Positions 37,801 through 50,800 of a DNA stretch of 64,000 nucleotides are shown here, one piece after another. Origin of the DNA: Auanema rhodensis (Eukaryota > Animalia > Nematoda); NCBI GenBank assembly GCA_964057225.1, contig OZ059897.1, positions 5,518,001-5,582,000 on the forward strand, in the 5' to 3' direction. The translations under genes and the position numbers were made by a program. Numbering within the stretch: position 1 is the first letter of the stretch; each line of letters starts with the position of its first letter. The notes under the pieces are model-generated. The model did not search any database. It worked only from the letters and a program-made list of their open reading frames with translations, and had not been told where the DNA came from.

Positions 37801-38192
37801 GACCGTATGGGTAGTGAAGACTTGTTGAGGACAACAAAACAAATAAAGAAACTGAGAGATATAGAGACAGCAAAAAGATGACACGGAGTGACCTACAGAT
37901 ATAGATATCTATACAGAAGTTATGGTGATATTTAGAAACCAAAGGATAGAAGAGGATTATAGAGAGATTATGGGAGAATGAGAGAAAGATAGAAAAAGAG
38001 AGAAAAGAGATAATGAGAAAATAGTAAATTAGAGAAAGAGAGAGATGAAGAATAATGACCTCCTAGCACTATTTAGCCTTTTTTTTAGGTCTAATCATCT
38101 ATGTAGCCTATGGATTCCGACACAGTAAAGAGGGAAAAAAACAAAAAACGATTACTAATGGAGTAAATCGTGAAAATACCACTACGCTATAA
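34875..38192 (+). CDS. Cationic amino-acid transporter (SLC7A1-4/CAT family), paralog 2
   Basis: Same motifs ([55 protein letters not shown]) and the same intron positions as paralog 1. Confidence 0.95.
37674..37748 (-). ncRNA. Sm-site small RNA with SmY architecture, antisense in the last intron of CAT paralog 2
   Basis: Stem-loop 1 (UGUAA-cgu-GGUCUU/AAGACC-c-UUGUA), then Sm site AAUUUUUGGAG (37708-37698), then stem-loop 2 GCCCUUUG-ucuuuu-CAAGGGGU; about 75 nt in total. A GC-rich block (CGGCGAAC...TGTACACGTCAGAC, about 37768-37800) sits upstream where an snRNA PSE would be. Confidence 0.7.
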
Positions 38193-39607
38193 GCTTTAGA
38201 GAAGTTATTCTCATCTGATGAAAAGAAAATATTTTAAAAATATATTGTATATTTGACGAGAAATATTCATTAATTTCATGTTATTATTATTATTATTTCT
38301 TTGTTGTTTTTTGAACAAAAAAAAACATGACAAATAAAAGTTTTAATGATTTTCGTAGATTTATAGTTTAGATTAAACAATGGTTGTTTAGCTAATAAGG
38401 CGTCAAGCTGGATATGACATCATTGATGTACCTAAAGTAACGTGAGATATTGCCAGTGGCGTGGTCTTTGACAGATGATTCATTCTTCAGGTTTTAACGA
38501 TCATTTGATCTTTATCCGATACTTCTAATCTTTATATGCGAATATATAATATAAATAGAGGATCAATCTTAATGTCATTAATTTTATATGAGAAAATAGA
38601 TTTTAGATTCATAAAGTCTTAAAAATATTTTAATTTTTTATTGAAATACGTTCATTTTCATTTTGTTTTATTGATTATTTTTCTTTTTTTTTTAAATTTT
38701 CTTGTAAAATCGGCGTGACTTTGAAAGAAGGAGGAATAGGTGTGTGTTATCTGGACCTAGAAACCATGTCATCTGTCCTTCATTGACTATTCTAATCTTG
38801 TTGATCGCTCATCTATATAAAATACTTTTATTTTCCTCAATTGAATCATTTAATTTTAATATTTTTTTAAAAATTGGAGTTATCAATCTTTTATATAATA
38901 TATATAATTGAAATTATATATAGATAGCTAGTTAGTAGGAGCTTGGAAGTTTTTTTCTAAGTTTACGTAAAAGCTGCTTTTTTCTTTCCGGGTTTCTATG
39001 TATATACTATGCGAAGAAGCTTGATGAGTGACTTCATTCAAATGAGAAACAGTTGGAAATGTTGATTTTTGGTCAACTGAAATCGCGATCAACCTAGATT
39101 ATTCTGTCGATTTCACAGCTTTTTTTATTGGAAAATCTTATTGTATTCAAAAAGATATGAAATACTGATAGCAAGCTATTTAACGAAGGAGTAACTTTCC
39201 CATATGTCTCTGTCAAACACTCTCTAAGCAAGGAATCTCCTTCTAAAGCATCATGAACGTATTTTAAAGTTTATAAAGTTCTCCGTTCAATCATGTCTTG
39301 GATTGAGTTTTGCCGTGCGAAAGTCTTAGTTCTCTATAAATTGAAAAAGTGAGACAGAAATGTAAAACTTCCTTGTTTTCAACCTTTCCAAACTCTACAC
39401 ATTCATATGATTATCTGAAAATCGTTCTCTTTCAAGCACTTCCTTTTAAAGATAGTTATCTCTACCTATCGTTCGTCATTTCACATTATTTCATCTTTCA
39501 TGTTATAGGGTCTTTCTCTTTTATTTTTCGACAATATTGGATATATTCTTGATTTTTATATAAAATAAGAATATATATATACATATCTATATCTATATAT
39601 ATACGAT

Positions 39608-40995
39608 ATGATGATGGATAGACACCTTGCGTATGTTTTTATAAAAATAATTTATATAAAATATTTTATTTTTTTGAATTTAGACTTCTTTTTGTTATTT
39701 CTATTTGGGCAATAAGCAAGCAGTATAATCAAGTTACTGAAAAAGGGTAAGAAAATCAAATTATTTTTACAACTTAAGCTTCTTCATTCTCAGATATACA
39801 TGTCTAATCGGATCATTAAGCGGTACCGAACGAGGAAGCGGGACCGGCAATTTATTTTTTGAATTAATCAACTTCATAGCTATAGCTAGATCTCATCAAA
39901 GGTAAGAACTTGAAATATATAATAATTCATTTCGTTAATATAATGTTTTCTTATAGAATTCCTGTAATACGTGATTCTCATACGAAAACAAGGTTATTAG
40001 AATTACAACCAATTTTCCCACATCTTCGTGAAATTCTACCTCAAGATGAAAATGTATATATCATATATTATTATTTTATTTTTATTATTAAAACTTTATT
40101 TTCTAGTTAAACTGTGGTAAAGAGAAAAGATTAGTTCTGAAAAGTTCTAAATGCTGCGTATATGATTCTAACTTAATAATGGAAAATAATCTTACAAGAT
40201 CTGTGTCACTGAATGTAGAATTTTATTATTTACAAGTATTTTTCAATTTTATTTGTTCATATTTATGATTTTTTTTATTTTTTCAGAGTTATAAGTATTT
40301 TATTAATGATATGTCATTAGATGTTCGACATATTTTACAAGGATCACTTGGTGTGAGACATATGGCTCGAACTGAAATGGTTGATCCTCGTGTACTCAAG
40401 GAATCTAAATTCAAGTAAGTGTTTTCTTATAATTTTCTCATTTTTTTCAATATTTCTTTTAAGTATTTGTATTCATATTCGTCGTGGAGATTATATGATG
40501 TCATGGAGACATGAACCAACTCGTCTGGATTTTACTTTGGCAATTAACGACCATTTGAACCAAAAATGTATTTTTTAAAATATTTTAAAACATTAATATT
40601 TTATTTTAGATGCTAATTATTCACCAACAACCATTGTACTAGGAAATGATCCAATATGGGCTCAAAATACTTTCCGAAATCAAAAAGTTCATATCGCTCC
40701 GTTTAGTCCTTTGAATCCTCCAAATGTTGACTGGGAATTCAGTCGTCTCTTCTGCGATGTGGTAGCATTAACAGGTCTGAAGCTTTTTCTAGAACTTCAG
40801 ATTAAATGAATGATTCAAGCTTCTGCATCAACGTACGGTTGGTGGATGGGTTTTGTATCACGCGGTGGTATAGTCTATTACAATCGCAAATTCTCGCAGC
40901 CATATGGAATTGAGCTAGAGCTCGATCCCGAGGACTTCTTCCCTGAAACATGGACAAGCTTATACCTGAAGAACGGTCGTGTCTACGAATCATAA
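39608..40995 (+). CDS. Alpha-1,2-fucosyltransferase-like protein (glycosyltransferase family 11)
   Basis: Short N-terminal hydrophobic anchor, GTGNLFFE (variant of GLGNQMF), CIHIRRGDY donor-binding motif, VLGND..W, ASASTYGWW, and DFFPETW at the C-terminus. Confidence 0.9.
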
Positions 40996-41625
40996 AATCA
41001 GCGTATAATCGTTCTAGTCATGATTTGAATTCAATCCAATTCCATTATTAGTTTGAAAGTGATATCAGTATTTTAATCATTTATGATGAAATGACATTTC
41101 ACGGGTTTCTTCCCATTAATTGGGATAAGAAAAACATTTATTTCATATTTTTTGTTATATTGTTATTATATATATATATACATATTACATTAATATAACT
41201 ATATATGTATTTTATTTGTTTTTAATATTTAAAAATACATTATAATTATGTTTAGATCTCATATATAAGAATGAAGTATTCTAATTTGAATTATTATTAT
41301 ATTAATTTCCGTATAACATATAGTATATCATTTCTATAATTATCTATTTTATGAGATTTTATAATTTCATCTTAATTTATCTTGTTCACAATGAACAAAC
41401 CAAAATTGAAAAAAAAAATGAAAAAGTATGACCAACCGTTCTATGCATATCAAATTTTGGAAATAATTTTAATTTTTAAAAATTTTAGATTTCACGTGAA
41501 AAGTACGTGAAAACATATTAAGACAATCATTTCATATTTATTTAAATATTTCTATCAAATTGATTATACTACATTTATTTAATTATAAATATAATTACAA
41601 TAAATATATGTTAGAATAATATAAA

Positions 41626-43630
41626 TTATAATTTTCTTAATATAAAAAGATCTTGCTCAGCACCGGTAGCCGATTGATGAGCATCCAGATCATGTAACTT
41701 CACCGTTACTGGATGCCTAGAAGATCCCCGGAAAGTATCTAACCATTCAAAACCTGAAATTTTTTTAAAATAAATCAATATATAGTAAAATATATTAATT
41801 ATAATAAGAATACCTGTCATGACCATAGCAAGACGAATACGACCATATATACGATGAACATTATAATTCAAAATATCTTGACCACGTGGAAGTCCCAAAT
41901 AGAAAATACCTTAAAGGACATTAATTTATAAATAAAATGTAAAAATGTATGATTTGATGAGTATAAGGTCAAAATTATGTCATCTTGATACCTCCAGGTC
42001 GTAATGAACAATGAATTTTTTGAATTTCTCTTAGATCTCCAATAGGATCGAGTACGTCGCCATATCTAAACGGTAAAATCAGTCAAAAAGGAAATATTAT
42101 AGAATGCTGGTCATAACGATCATTCATCTTTCATATTCATATGGATGTATGTAAGATAGAAAGATTCACATGATAATGATGTCGAATGGCTTGCTTACCG
42201 TCCTAGCCCACTGTGTTCAAGTGATGAGAATGAAATAACAAAATCAAATTTGTCCAAATAACTATAATGAAGACAATGAGTTTGTGTCATTAACTAGAAC
42301 TATAGAACCTCTCGAAATTTTTCGCAAAATCTAATGGATGAGCGTATTTGATGATGTCGTTGTTTTCAATTTTCAATTTCAAATATTCTACAGTAAGTAT
42401 CTAAGGAATATTACTGATTAATGAAATTAATTTGAAATGATCATACTTCTTTGGCTCCAGCTTGTATGGCCATACCTTCTACCCAAGGCGTTAACGATCC
42501 AAAAACAGCTCCAGACAGACCTGTTACAGGATAATACTTCAAAGCGTAGTGTACAGCCACTACAATCATGAAATTAAGAAAATACAAAATTTAGAAAAAT
42601 CAATTACATCCAGTTTGACCATAATTTGATATATGAGCATATTGTTTTTCGGTATATGAACTCCAGTCATCAATATTATCCCAAATTCTCTCACTTGGAG
42701 GGTGCATATCATTACGAAAATACTATAAGATTTACAGTATATTATATAATTAGAATAGTTATTTTAATTATATTAAAATATTTTTAAATGATTTACATCT
42801 GCTCGCCTGACATATCCATTCAACATATATTGGTTCAAAAGATGTTTCGGAATTCTTTGATGAGGTCCAGAAAATTCAGATGCTTCAATAATTCTCAACC
42901 AATTACCGTAAATCTTAAACACAATCGTTTGAGTATTTCCTAGATTATCAATGAGAACTAACCTGTCCGCATGTCTGATTATCAGTACGTCTTAACGTCG
43001 GAATTGGCACAGTATAATTCTGAATCTCATAGTTGAGTGGTTTATAGATATTCTTCTCAATATCGTTGTATGATACCCATCCCTTGTTTGTATTCACAAT
43101 TCTATAATCCTCTTATATTTATAATTATTTCAAACTATATAAACGAAAAATTGAAATACAATGTCTGATATTATTATTTACTTCTTATTTGTGTTGTTGC
43201 TATAATTTAATAAAGAAAAGAACAAGTATAACTAACCGTTCACCATACTCTTGATAAAGATTATCATGCTTCCATTCAAGATATAACGTTTTACTGAAAT
43301 TTTAAACTTTTAAAACAACAAAGGAGAAGAGACAAAAATCTCATTATCATTCGAACTAAGTTGTTCATCATTTTTTCATAAAATATAATAATAATTATAA
43401 TAAAAATAATTTAAAATAATGTTTTAAACTAAAAATAAATCAAAATGTCTTACTTTCCCTTAATTTGATAAATAATAACAAAAGTTACAAGAATAAATAA
43501 TAATATCTTGATGACAGTTGATGTCAGTATTTGACGTGGAATACAATTCCGTATCAGCCTACAACAAACAAAATTATTCATAAAACAGATTTAATTATAA
43601 AATTTATAACAAACTATACCTTGAAGACAT
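41626..43630 (-). CDS. DUF268-family SAM-dependent methyltransferase-like type II membrane protein
   Basis: N-terminal TM segment (VIKILLFILVTFVIIY), then VFGSLTPWVE, ILTVEY, FDFVISFSSLEHSGLGRYGDVLDPIGDLRE, LRPGGIFYLGLPRGQD and HRIYGRIRL. Confidence 0.9.
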
Positions 43631-44071
43631 CTATGATATAGCTACTATACTTCTCACAAAATTCACAAGAAATTCAACGAAGTCAATATTTTACAAGAAC
43701 GTCCTAAAGACACCCGGTAATGTTAACAAGAACTTCAATAAACGTGACCTCTTCTAAATAGCTAGGTGATGTCGTTTCCTAGATTGCAGATCACGATTAC
43801 AGATTACAAAGAGATTGGATTGAAGACATTGCTAAGAAACCTAGACCATATCGGTATCTATTAACTTCCTTGTGTTGAAACATTTCAAATCTTTTTGAAG
43901 ATTTTGATCTCCTAAATACTTCCTTCTATCAATCTCCCGAAATAATAAATCAATTAAATTAATTCTTATAATATTTATTTAGTTTCATCATTGGTTTATA
44001 CAGATTATTAAACCTATTTCTTGGAATCCTGTTTAACAGGAATAATAAATATACTAAATACAATTGAAATA

Positions 44072-45062
44072 CTAGTTAACAAATAGCTTAGGCATCGTAG
44101 CAGTAGCCAAAGTTGCATTTCTTTCGCAAACGAAGTAGTTGGAGTAAGAGCATGGATACCAGAAGGTGTACTTTCCGAAAGAAGTGAATGGATTGTAGTG
44201 AGCAGCACATTGGGAGACGCTGGTCCATCCGTTGACAGAGTCAGTGTATGGCTGGATGATCCAGTTCCTGCAAAACGATTATTACAAAACAATGAAGAGA
44301 TGCTCAAGCTCACAATTGTTCGAGAGAGACGGCATCACCGGTGTGCCAGGCTGGGAGGGAATCGTCAGCCTTCTTGTAGAGCCCAGTCCAGGTGAAGTAG
44401 TTCATTGGAGCGTCTTGCATGATGGTATCCTAAGATGTTAGCTGATGCTTTAGAATGAATAATTTTAACTCACGAATTCTTCCTTGGAGTTGGGAACGAA
44501 AAGAGTGGCTCCCTTCTTGACGCAAACTTGTTCAGCTTGATCCAAAGGCAACTTCTCTTCTCTTTCGATGTAATAGCAAGACTCCTTGAAAAGCTCCCAT
44601 CCATCGGCACACAAGCTTCCGTACTGAAAAGAATTCAAAATCATTTTAGTAGAAGCTTGTTCGTTAGACCACTCACATCAACTACCCAGGACCCAAGAAG
44701 GGGCTGTTCCTGGTTAGCCTGCAGCTTCAAATAAATAAAAGTCAAAAGATGTTACTCACCGCTTCTGGTTTCTTAGCTACTTCTTTTGGAGCAGTTTCAT
44801 CGTTCAAGATCTCAACAGTGGTAAGGTTATCCTTTTGTTGGAGGCGAGCCTTATCAGATTCAGACCAGCTGAATGGCTTATCTGGAGAAGGAACAGTGAC
44901 ATACTTCACTTTCTTTTCTAAAAATACTTATTATTAAAAAAAAAGTAAAAAATAAAAGATACCAATCTGCTTTTCGGAGCAGTTTCCTTTGCAACAGCAC
45001 GGTCCACCGCTTACAAGCTGAACAGCAACAGCAAGAAGAGCAGAAATTCTCAGAAGAAACAT
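44072..45062 (-). CDS. Secreted C-type lectin domain protein (clec-87/91-like), 6 exons
   Basis: Signal peptide MFLLRISALLAVAVQLVSG; CTLD CADGWELFKESCYY...AEQVCVKKGATLFVPNSKEEF...FTWTGL...NGWTSVSQCAAHY...YPCSYSNYFVCERN. Strong C-ending codon bias suggests high expression. Confidence 0.9.
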
Positions 45063-46744
45063 GTTTGACAAACAACGACGGTATTAGATTAGTAGAAGTA
45101 ATGAACTGCTATTTGTTAATGTGAGATGGTTATCTGATTTGATAAGTTCATTCTTTTTCTTATATAGTGTAGATTTGAGCGGCAAACTCATATTTAGAGA
45201 TCAAATAGATCAAATATGATGATTGAACATATACAATCTAAACTTCATTTTTTAAAAATGTAAAGAATTATAAACTACAATTATTTATTTATTTTTTAAA
45301 ATAAAAATAAATATATTCTAATATATAAATTCGAATTTATATTGTTTTTAATGTTTTCCGTATATTTTTATAATATTATATTATAAAAAAATAAAATGAA
45401 ATTTAATAAATTTTTATCATTTACTCTTCTTCTTTCTCTTTTTCTTTTCTTCTCTTTTGCTATATTTTCTTCTTTTTCGTTTTGAAAAAATTGAAAACAA
45501 AAGCCTCGACTATGTTTAGTATATTAGAAGGGCGGGGATTTTGTAGTGATGGAGGACGGGGTAGCCCCTATACAAAGAAAGAAGAAAACCTGAAGAGTGG
45601 GAAACGAAAAAGTTAGAAGATGGGAGGATCAAACGTTCTTTGCGCATGTTTTAATGAAAAATGAAATAATCATCAGTGATTAACGTCACGTGGATTTTCA
45701 CGTGATAAATGAAAAAAGATATTTTATATATTGAATTGAAGAAAAATAAAACAAAAAATGGAAATTGAGAAGAAAAAAAACGAGAATTGAAATAATAGAA
45801 ATCTTCTTAGCAACTTAATACGGAAAGCTAACAAATAATCGTTAAATAATTTTCTTGTGATGATTGTTTAAGTATTATGCTTCAAAATGAAAAGTTAAGA
45901 CAACAATTAAGTGTTTTAGAGAATAATCAACTAGAATTTTTAAAGAAGAATTGAGGAAGATTACTGATAATTTTGAAAAAAAAACATAATAAGAATTGAG
46001 AAAGAGTAACGATGATAGAGGTAGAAGACAGAAGGAGGTTAGAGAATCAGATGTATGTTTGCTTTTCGATAAATAAACTGATGGAAGCCATTCATCTAGA
46101 CAGCCAAATACTGCCAAGGTACTACCCATGGCCATCAACAAATTCCATTTTTCCTCTGCTTTTCCTAGTTAGCAACCATTTTTGAAAGATATTCCTTCAT
46201 ATTTTCTTTTCCAACATTTTTTTTATTTGAAAATAATTGAAAAAGGAGCGAGGAAGTGATGAGACTTCTCCTTTGCCTAAGATTTCTGATTGATGCTATG
46301 TGACTTGAGACTGATGTTGATAACCATTTGTCATAGATACCCAGAACAAGCTGTCATTTTCTTTGAATTTTCCAATGAAAAGACAGTAGGCCAATAAAAA
46401 ATTTAAAAATAATTTTCTTTTCAATGTTATAACTTCCTAATCTTACAGTCTTGTGTCGTTGATGATGATGTTTTGATCATAACTTTTCTTTCTTTGACCT
46501 GATGATCATTAAGAGAAAACATGAGAAAATGAATAACTGCCAAGATTTATTAGCAGAGTAATTGAGAAAAAAAGATTTATTTACCTTTTTTTGCAATGTT
46601 TTATCAAAAAATTACTTAAAATAGTATCAGAAGAAAATAAATATGGACAGATCATTAGAGCTAGAGTTGTGAGGAAAAGGTGATAAAGAGACCAAAAAAA
46701 GTTGTGGGACAGAGTATAAGAAAAGCAAAAACATAATAAATATA

Positions 46745-46750
46745 AGAGAG

Positions 46751-46810
<60 letters not shown>

Positions 46811-46826
46811 GAAGAGAGAGAGAGAG
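46745..46826 (+). repeat. (GA)n microsatellite
   Basis: Long GA run. Confidence 0.95.
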
Positions 46827-47782
46827 GTATTGCACTTCTTACTATTACTCATTATCTTTACAGTTTTTACACCAAATTCTAAACCCAGATTGATGAAATT
46901 GTTTCCAATCATGATAAAAATGAAAGAAATAAGGGAAAGTTGTAACTAATGATGAATATGATGCTTTGTGTTAATGTTAACAATCATTTAATGATAGTAT
47001 ATTTTCTTCATAAAGAACTTCCGATAAAGTTAAAGATGTAATACAACGATATCATGTAAGAATCATTAACAGTGTTACAAGAGATTGAGAAATAGAAAGA
47101 GAGTGATAAAAGGCAATTGAATGCTTATGAATGTTTCAAGAATATTTATTTCATTTATCATTATAATAAAATTTTAAAATGAAAATATATTTTTTTTAAT
47201 TCAATTATTTATAATATTGAATAACTAACTATATGTATGTATATGTATAAATTTTTTTTTATGGTATCATACAGATAGATGACGAGATACGTGTAATGTC
47301 TTCAGTATTCTAAAAATGAATTATGTATTTCCGGTGTCTTTTTAAATCCAAGACTGTATTTTCTTGTCAACAATTTGTCTTTTTTTCCCCACTTTAATAT
47401 TCTTAACTTTAACCAGTTCTTGACATAATGGCTAGGGGGGGGGGGAGTGTTAGTGATGATGGGGGGCAAGAAAGTCCAGATACTACCTGTATATGTATTT
47501 CAACTCTCTCTCTCTCTCTCTTTTTTCTCTCTATGTATGTCTATTTCACCTTTTTTTAATAAATTTCCCATCTCTATGATAGTCTTTCACAGTTTTAAGA
47601 TCACCCCATATACATACACACATGTACATAATAATTAACTTGTGTTATCTTTGAAATTACCACATTTATATTTTCAATTTGATATATTTTCTAATTTCAA
47701 GTATTAATGTTTATTAATTTCATACTTTCTCATGTTATGTTTCTTCTGAACTTCCATTTTTAAGGATACTATGGAATCCCCA

Positions 47783-47784
<2 letters not shown>

Positions 47785-47836
<52 letters not shown>

Positions 47837-47870
47837 CTTCTACTCTCACTCTCACTCTCTCTCTCTACTA
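47785..47870 (+). repeat. (CT)n microsatellite, followed by (TTC)n near 47890-47925
   Basis: Read directly from the sequence. Confidence 0.9.
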
Positions 47871-50800
47871 TTATTATTTCATTTCATATATTCTTCTTTT
47901 TCTTCTTCTTCTTCTTCTTCTTCTTCATTATCATCATTAGCAAATGCAAAATACACCTTTTTCACGTATTTTATCTATTTTCTTTAATTATTTAGCAAAA
48001 TGTTCATTTCATATGATCACCAATGATATGAAAGAAATGTTTCGTTCATGATCAGATTGAACACCCACATCAGATATATTTAGAAAACGAGATTAAACGT
48101 CTATATATAGTTCCAACATCATCAGTGACAAATTTCTCTGATTATTTTTTCCTTTAAAACATTCTCTATTTCAAATCAAATGATCTTTTGTTACAAAATA
48201 GTAATTGATTCACAAACGATTTATGATTATGGTTTTGAAGGACTCACACAATCATCATGATCAACCCCCTCCACTAGCCTATCATTCACACCTACTATAT
48301 AACCATCAGCAGACCTGATGTCTTCAGAATCTTTTGAATCTCTTCTCTGATTTCTCTATATACACTGCTTGCATTCCATCTTGCAGTTAGCGCTTCATCA
48401 ATCTATTTTCTATTTCGTAAATCTCTTCAGTTCAAAGCATTTTTTTGCCGAGCATGACACGCATCATCATTCTTTCGCACTCCCCCCCCCCCCCCCCACC
48501 GTATTTTGGACAAGTCACATTCTGCAACCATAATCTTTCATCAGCATATCGTAATAGTTCAAATCGCTTTGAATGTCATGTCAAAGTATTCTGGCAGTCC
48601 TCAGACGTTTTCATGAAAACGTTTTTTTCATATGAAAACCGTAATAATTATCATTTCGTCTTTATCATATTATCATTCTCTATCTCTTTTTGTTCCTCTT
48701 TCACCACCAAATTTTAGTTTCTCTGTCTCTATTTCTAGCCTAATATCTCATATACTTCTAACTTCTCCCTCTCATTAAATCACTAACTCTCGCTGGCTGT
48801 CTTTCAGTTTCATCTTTTGCTCTAATTTTTCTACTTTTTTTCCTTTTTCTGTTATTGATATGTTAAATGATTTATTTCCGGCGGTTCTCTTTCTTTAATC
48901 GTTCGCTTGAAACAAAAGAATATGAAATAATTGAAAAATGAATGATTGGAATGTAATAGAATTTGGAAAATGTACTTCATATTTCAAATATGCAAACTGT
49001 AACCGGCGTTAGTTATTCTGCATCAACAGTTCCGGAAATCTATTTTTTTTTGTTTTCCGAAGATATTATATTTCGGCTTATACTATATATGAGCAAATAT
49101 GAGTTTTTCTGCTAACTATTTGTTATCTCAGTTCAGCAACTAAGAAGAGATATTATAACAAATTTTCTGATGTATAGTATGAAGTAACAAGGATTACCGT
49201 CTAAGACTTTGGAATTATTGGAAGCTTAATCACATAATTTAGAAATTGAGTTTAAAAAAAAAAGAATTTAAATCATTAAAAGGGTATTGTAGGATTATAT
49301 TTATTAGAAAATGAAATTCTGCTTGCAATACAACCGTTCTATCATCTTATGATCTTATGAATCATTTCACGTACACACGTACACACGTGAGTTTTGAATT
49401 AATTATTTCACGTACACATATTTGTATTTAAAATAAATTCGTGAAAATTGATAAAACAATATATGAAGTACATATTTTTATTTTATATATAGTATATATG
49501 AAATATTATATAAAAATAAAAACCTGTTTATTTTTCAATAAAAGCTTTAAAATGCTGAAATTATTGTTAATGAACATAAAGATTTTATTAAATATATAGC
49601 AATTCTTCATTCTTCTTATATATACATTCTTTCAAATTATAATTATATGATTTATATTAAGCTTAATCATTTAATCATTTCGATGATATTCCCCTCTTAT
49701 CCCAATAAATCATTTCAAGAAATTGAAATGCTAAGAATGATGATGATGACGATATTGAACATCATGATCATGATGAAGTCAACGCCAATGTTTTGGACTA
49801 TGAAGTCACATATGATTTTTAAAGATACCGAAACATTTTTGATAAAACATTTTCAATTGATTAGAAATATAAATTTCTATATATATAAATAATATTTATA
49901 TCGTTATTCTTCTATTTATAAGTTTATTAGAAATATAGATATAAAAATCTAATCTTGTCTTATCATATGAAACGATTTAAAGGTTTCCAAGGATTTTTGC
50001 AATTTTATAAGCTAAAACATATAACTTTTTGGTTTTATTTCAAATAAATATATAATGTAAACATAAGTGCAGATATGTTTCTTCAAAAGGAAAATATATA
50101 CTTTGTTCTCTTTCATTTTCTATATTTTGTTCAGAAAATAATTTTTATTATTCCATAACAGTGGATCTAATCTCAAATTTGATGATCATAAAGTCAATGA
50201 AATCTATTCCTGAAGCTCATTCGCACTATTCTTTGTCAGTAAAACAAAATAAAGATAGAGAGAGAGTTAGAGAGATTGAGAGAGAGGGGGGAGTGGATGA
50301 TGGAGGAAGAATAGAGAGACTGACATGAGATAAGCCATGTTCTATCTTTAGCCACATTATTGATATTTAGCGATATGATTGGTTAGAAGTATGGGCAGAC
50401 TTGACAAGACAAGTTACAGGAAACGAATTATTATAGTTATTCTATAACAGTATTAATCCATATCTATATATATATATGTATATATATAAACATACAAATT
50501 ATATTTTTTATGTTTAATTTATGTGAATTTAATCTTCTTTTCTTCATTTTTTTGCAATTTTAAAGAAAAATTTCCGTTTCTGAATAGGTTAAATCTGTAG
50601 AGAATTAATGTTTCCGAATGAAAATGAAGTTATTAAATGGTTCGCCGAAAGCATTTCGTTCTATTAGAGCATATACGAAATTACTTTTTCATCTAAAAGA
50701 TATAAAATTCTCTCTTTATATCTTCTTATAAATGGAAAAAAGGCAAAATTTTGTAAGGCTGGGCGAGAGAGAAAGGCATTGGGGAGGAGTCAGGAGGTTT

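Noticed and set aside
37668-37835. Plus-strand H/ACA snoRNA reading (two hairpins and ACA at about 37830)
   Set aside because: The candidate H boxes overlap the stems. The minus-strand Sm site with flanking stems and an upstream element explains the region better.
49728-49804. Further candidate CLC first exon (MLRMMMMT...)
   Set aside because: It is a low-complexity ATG/GAT repeat with a weak GTCACA donor.
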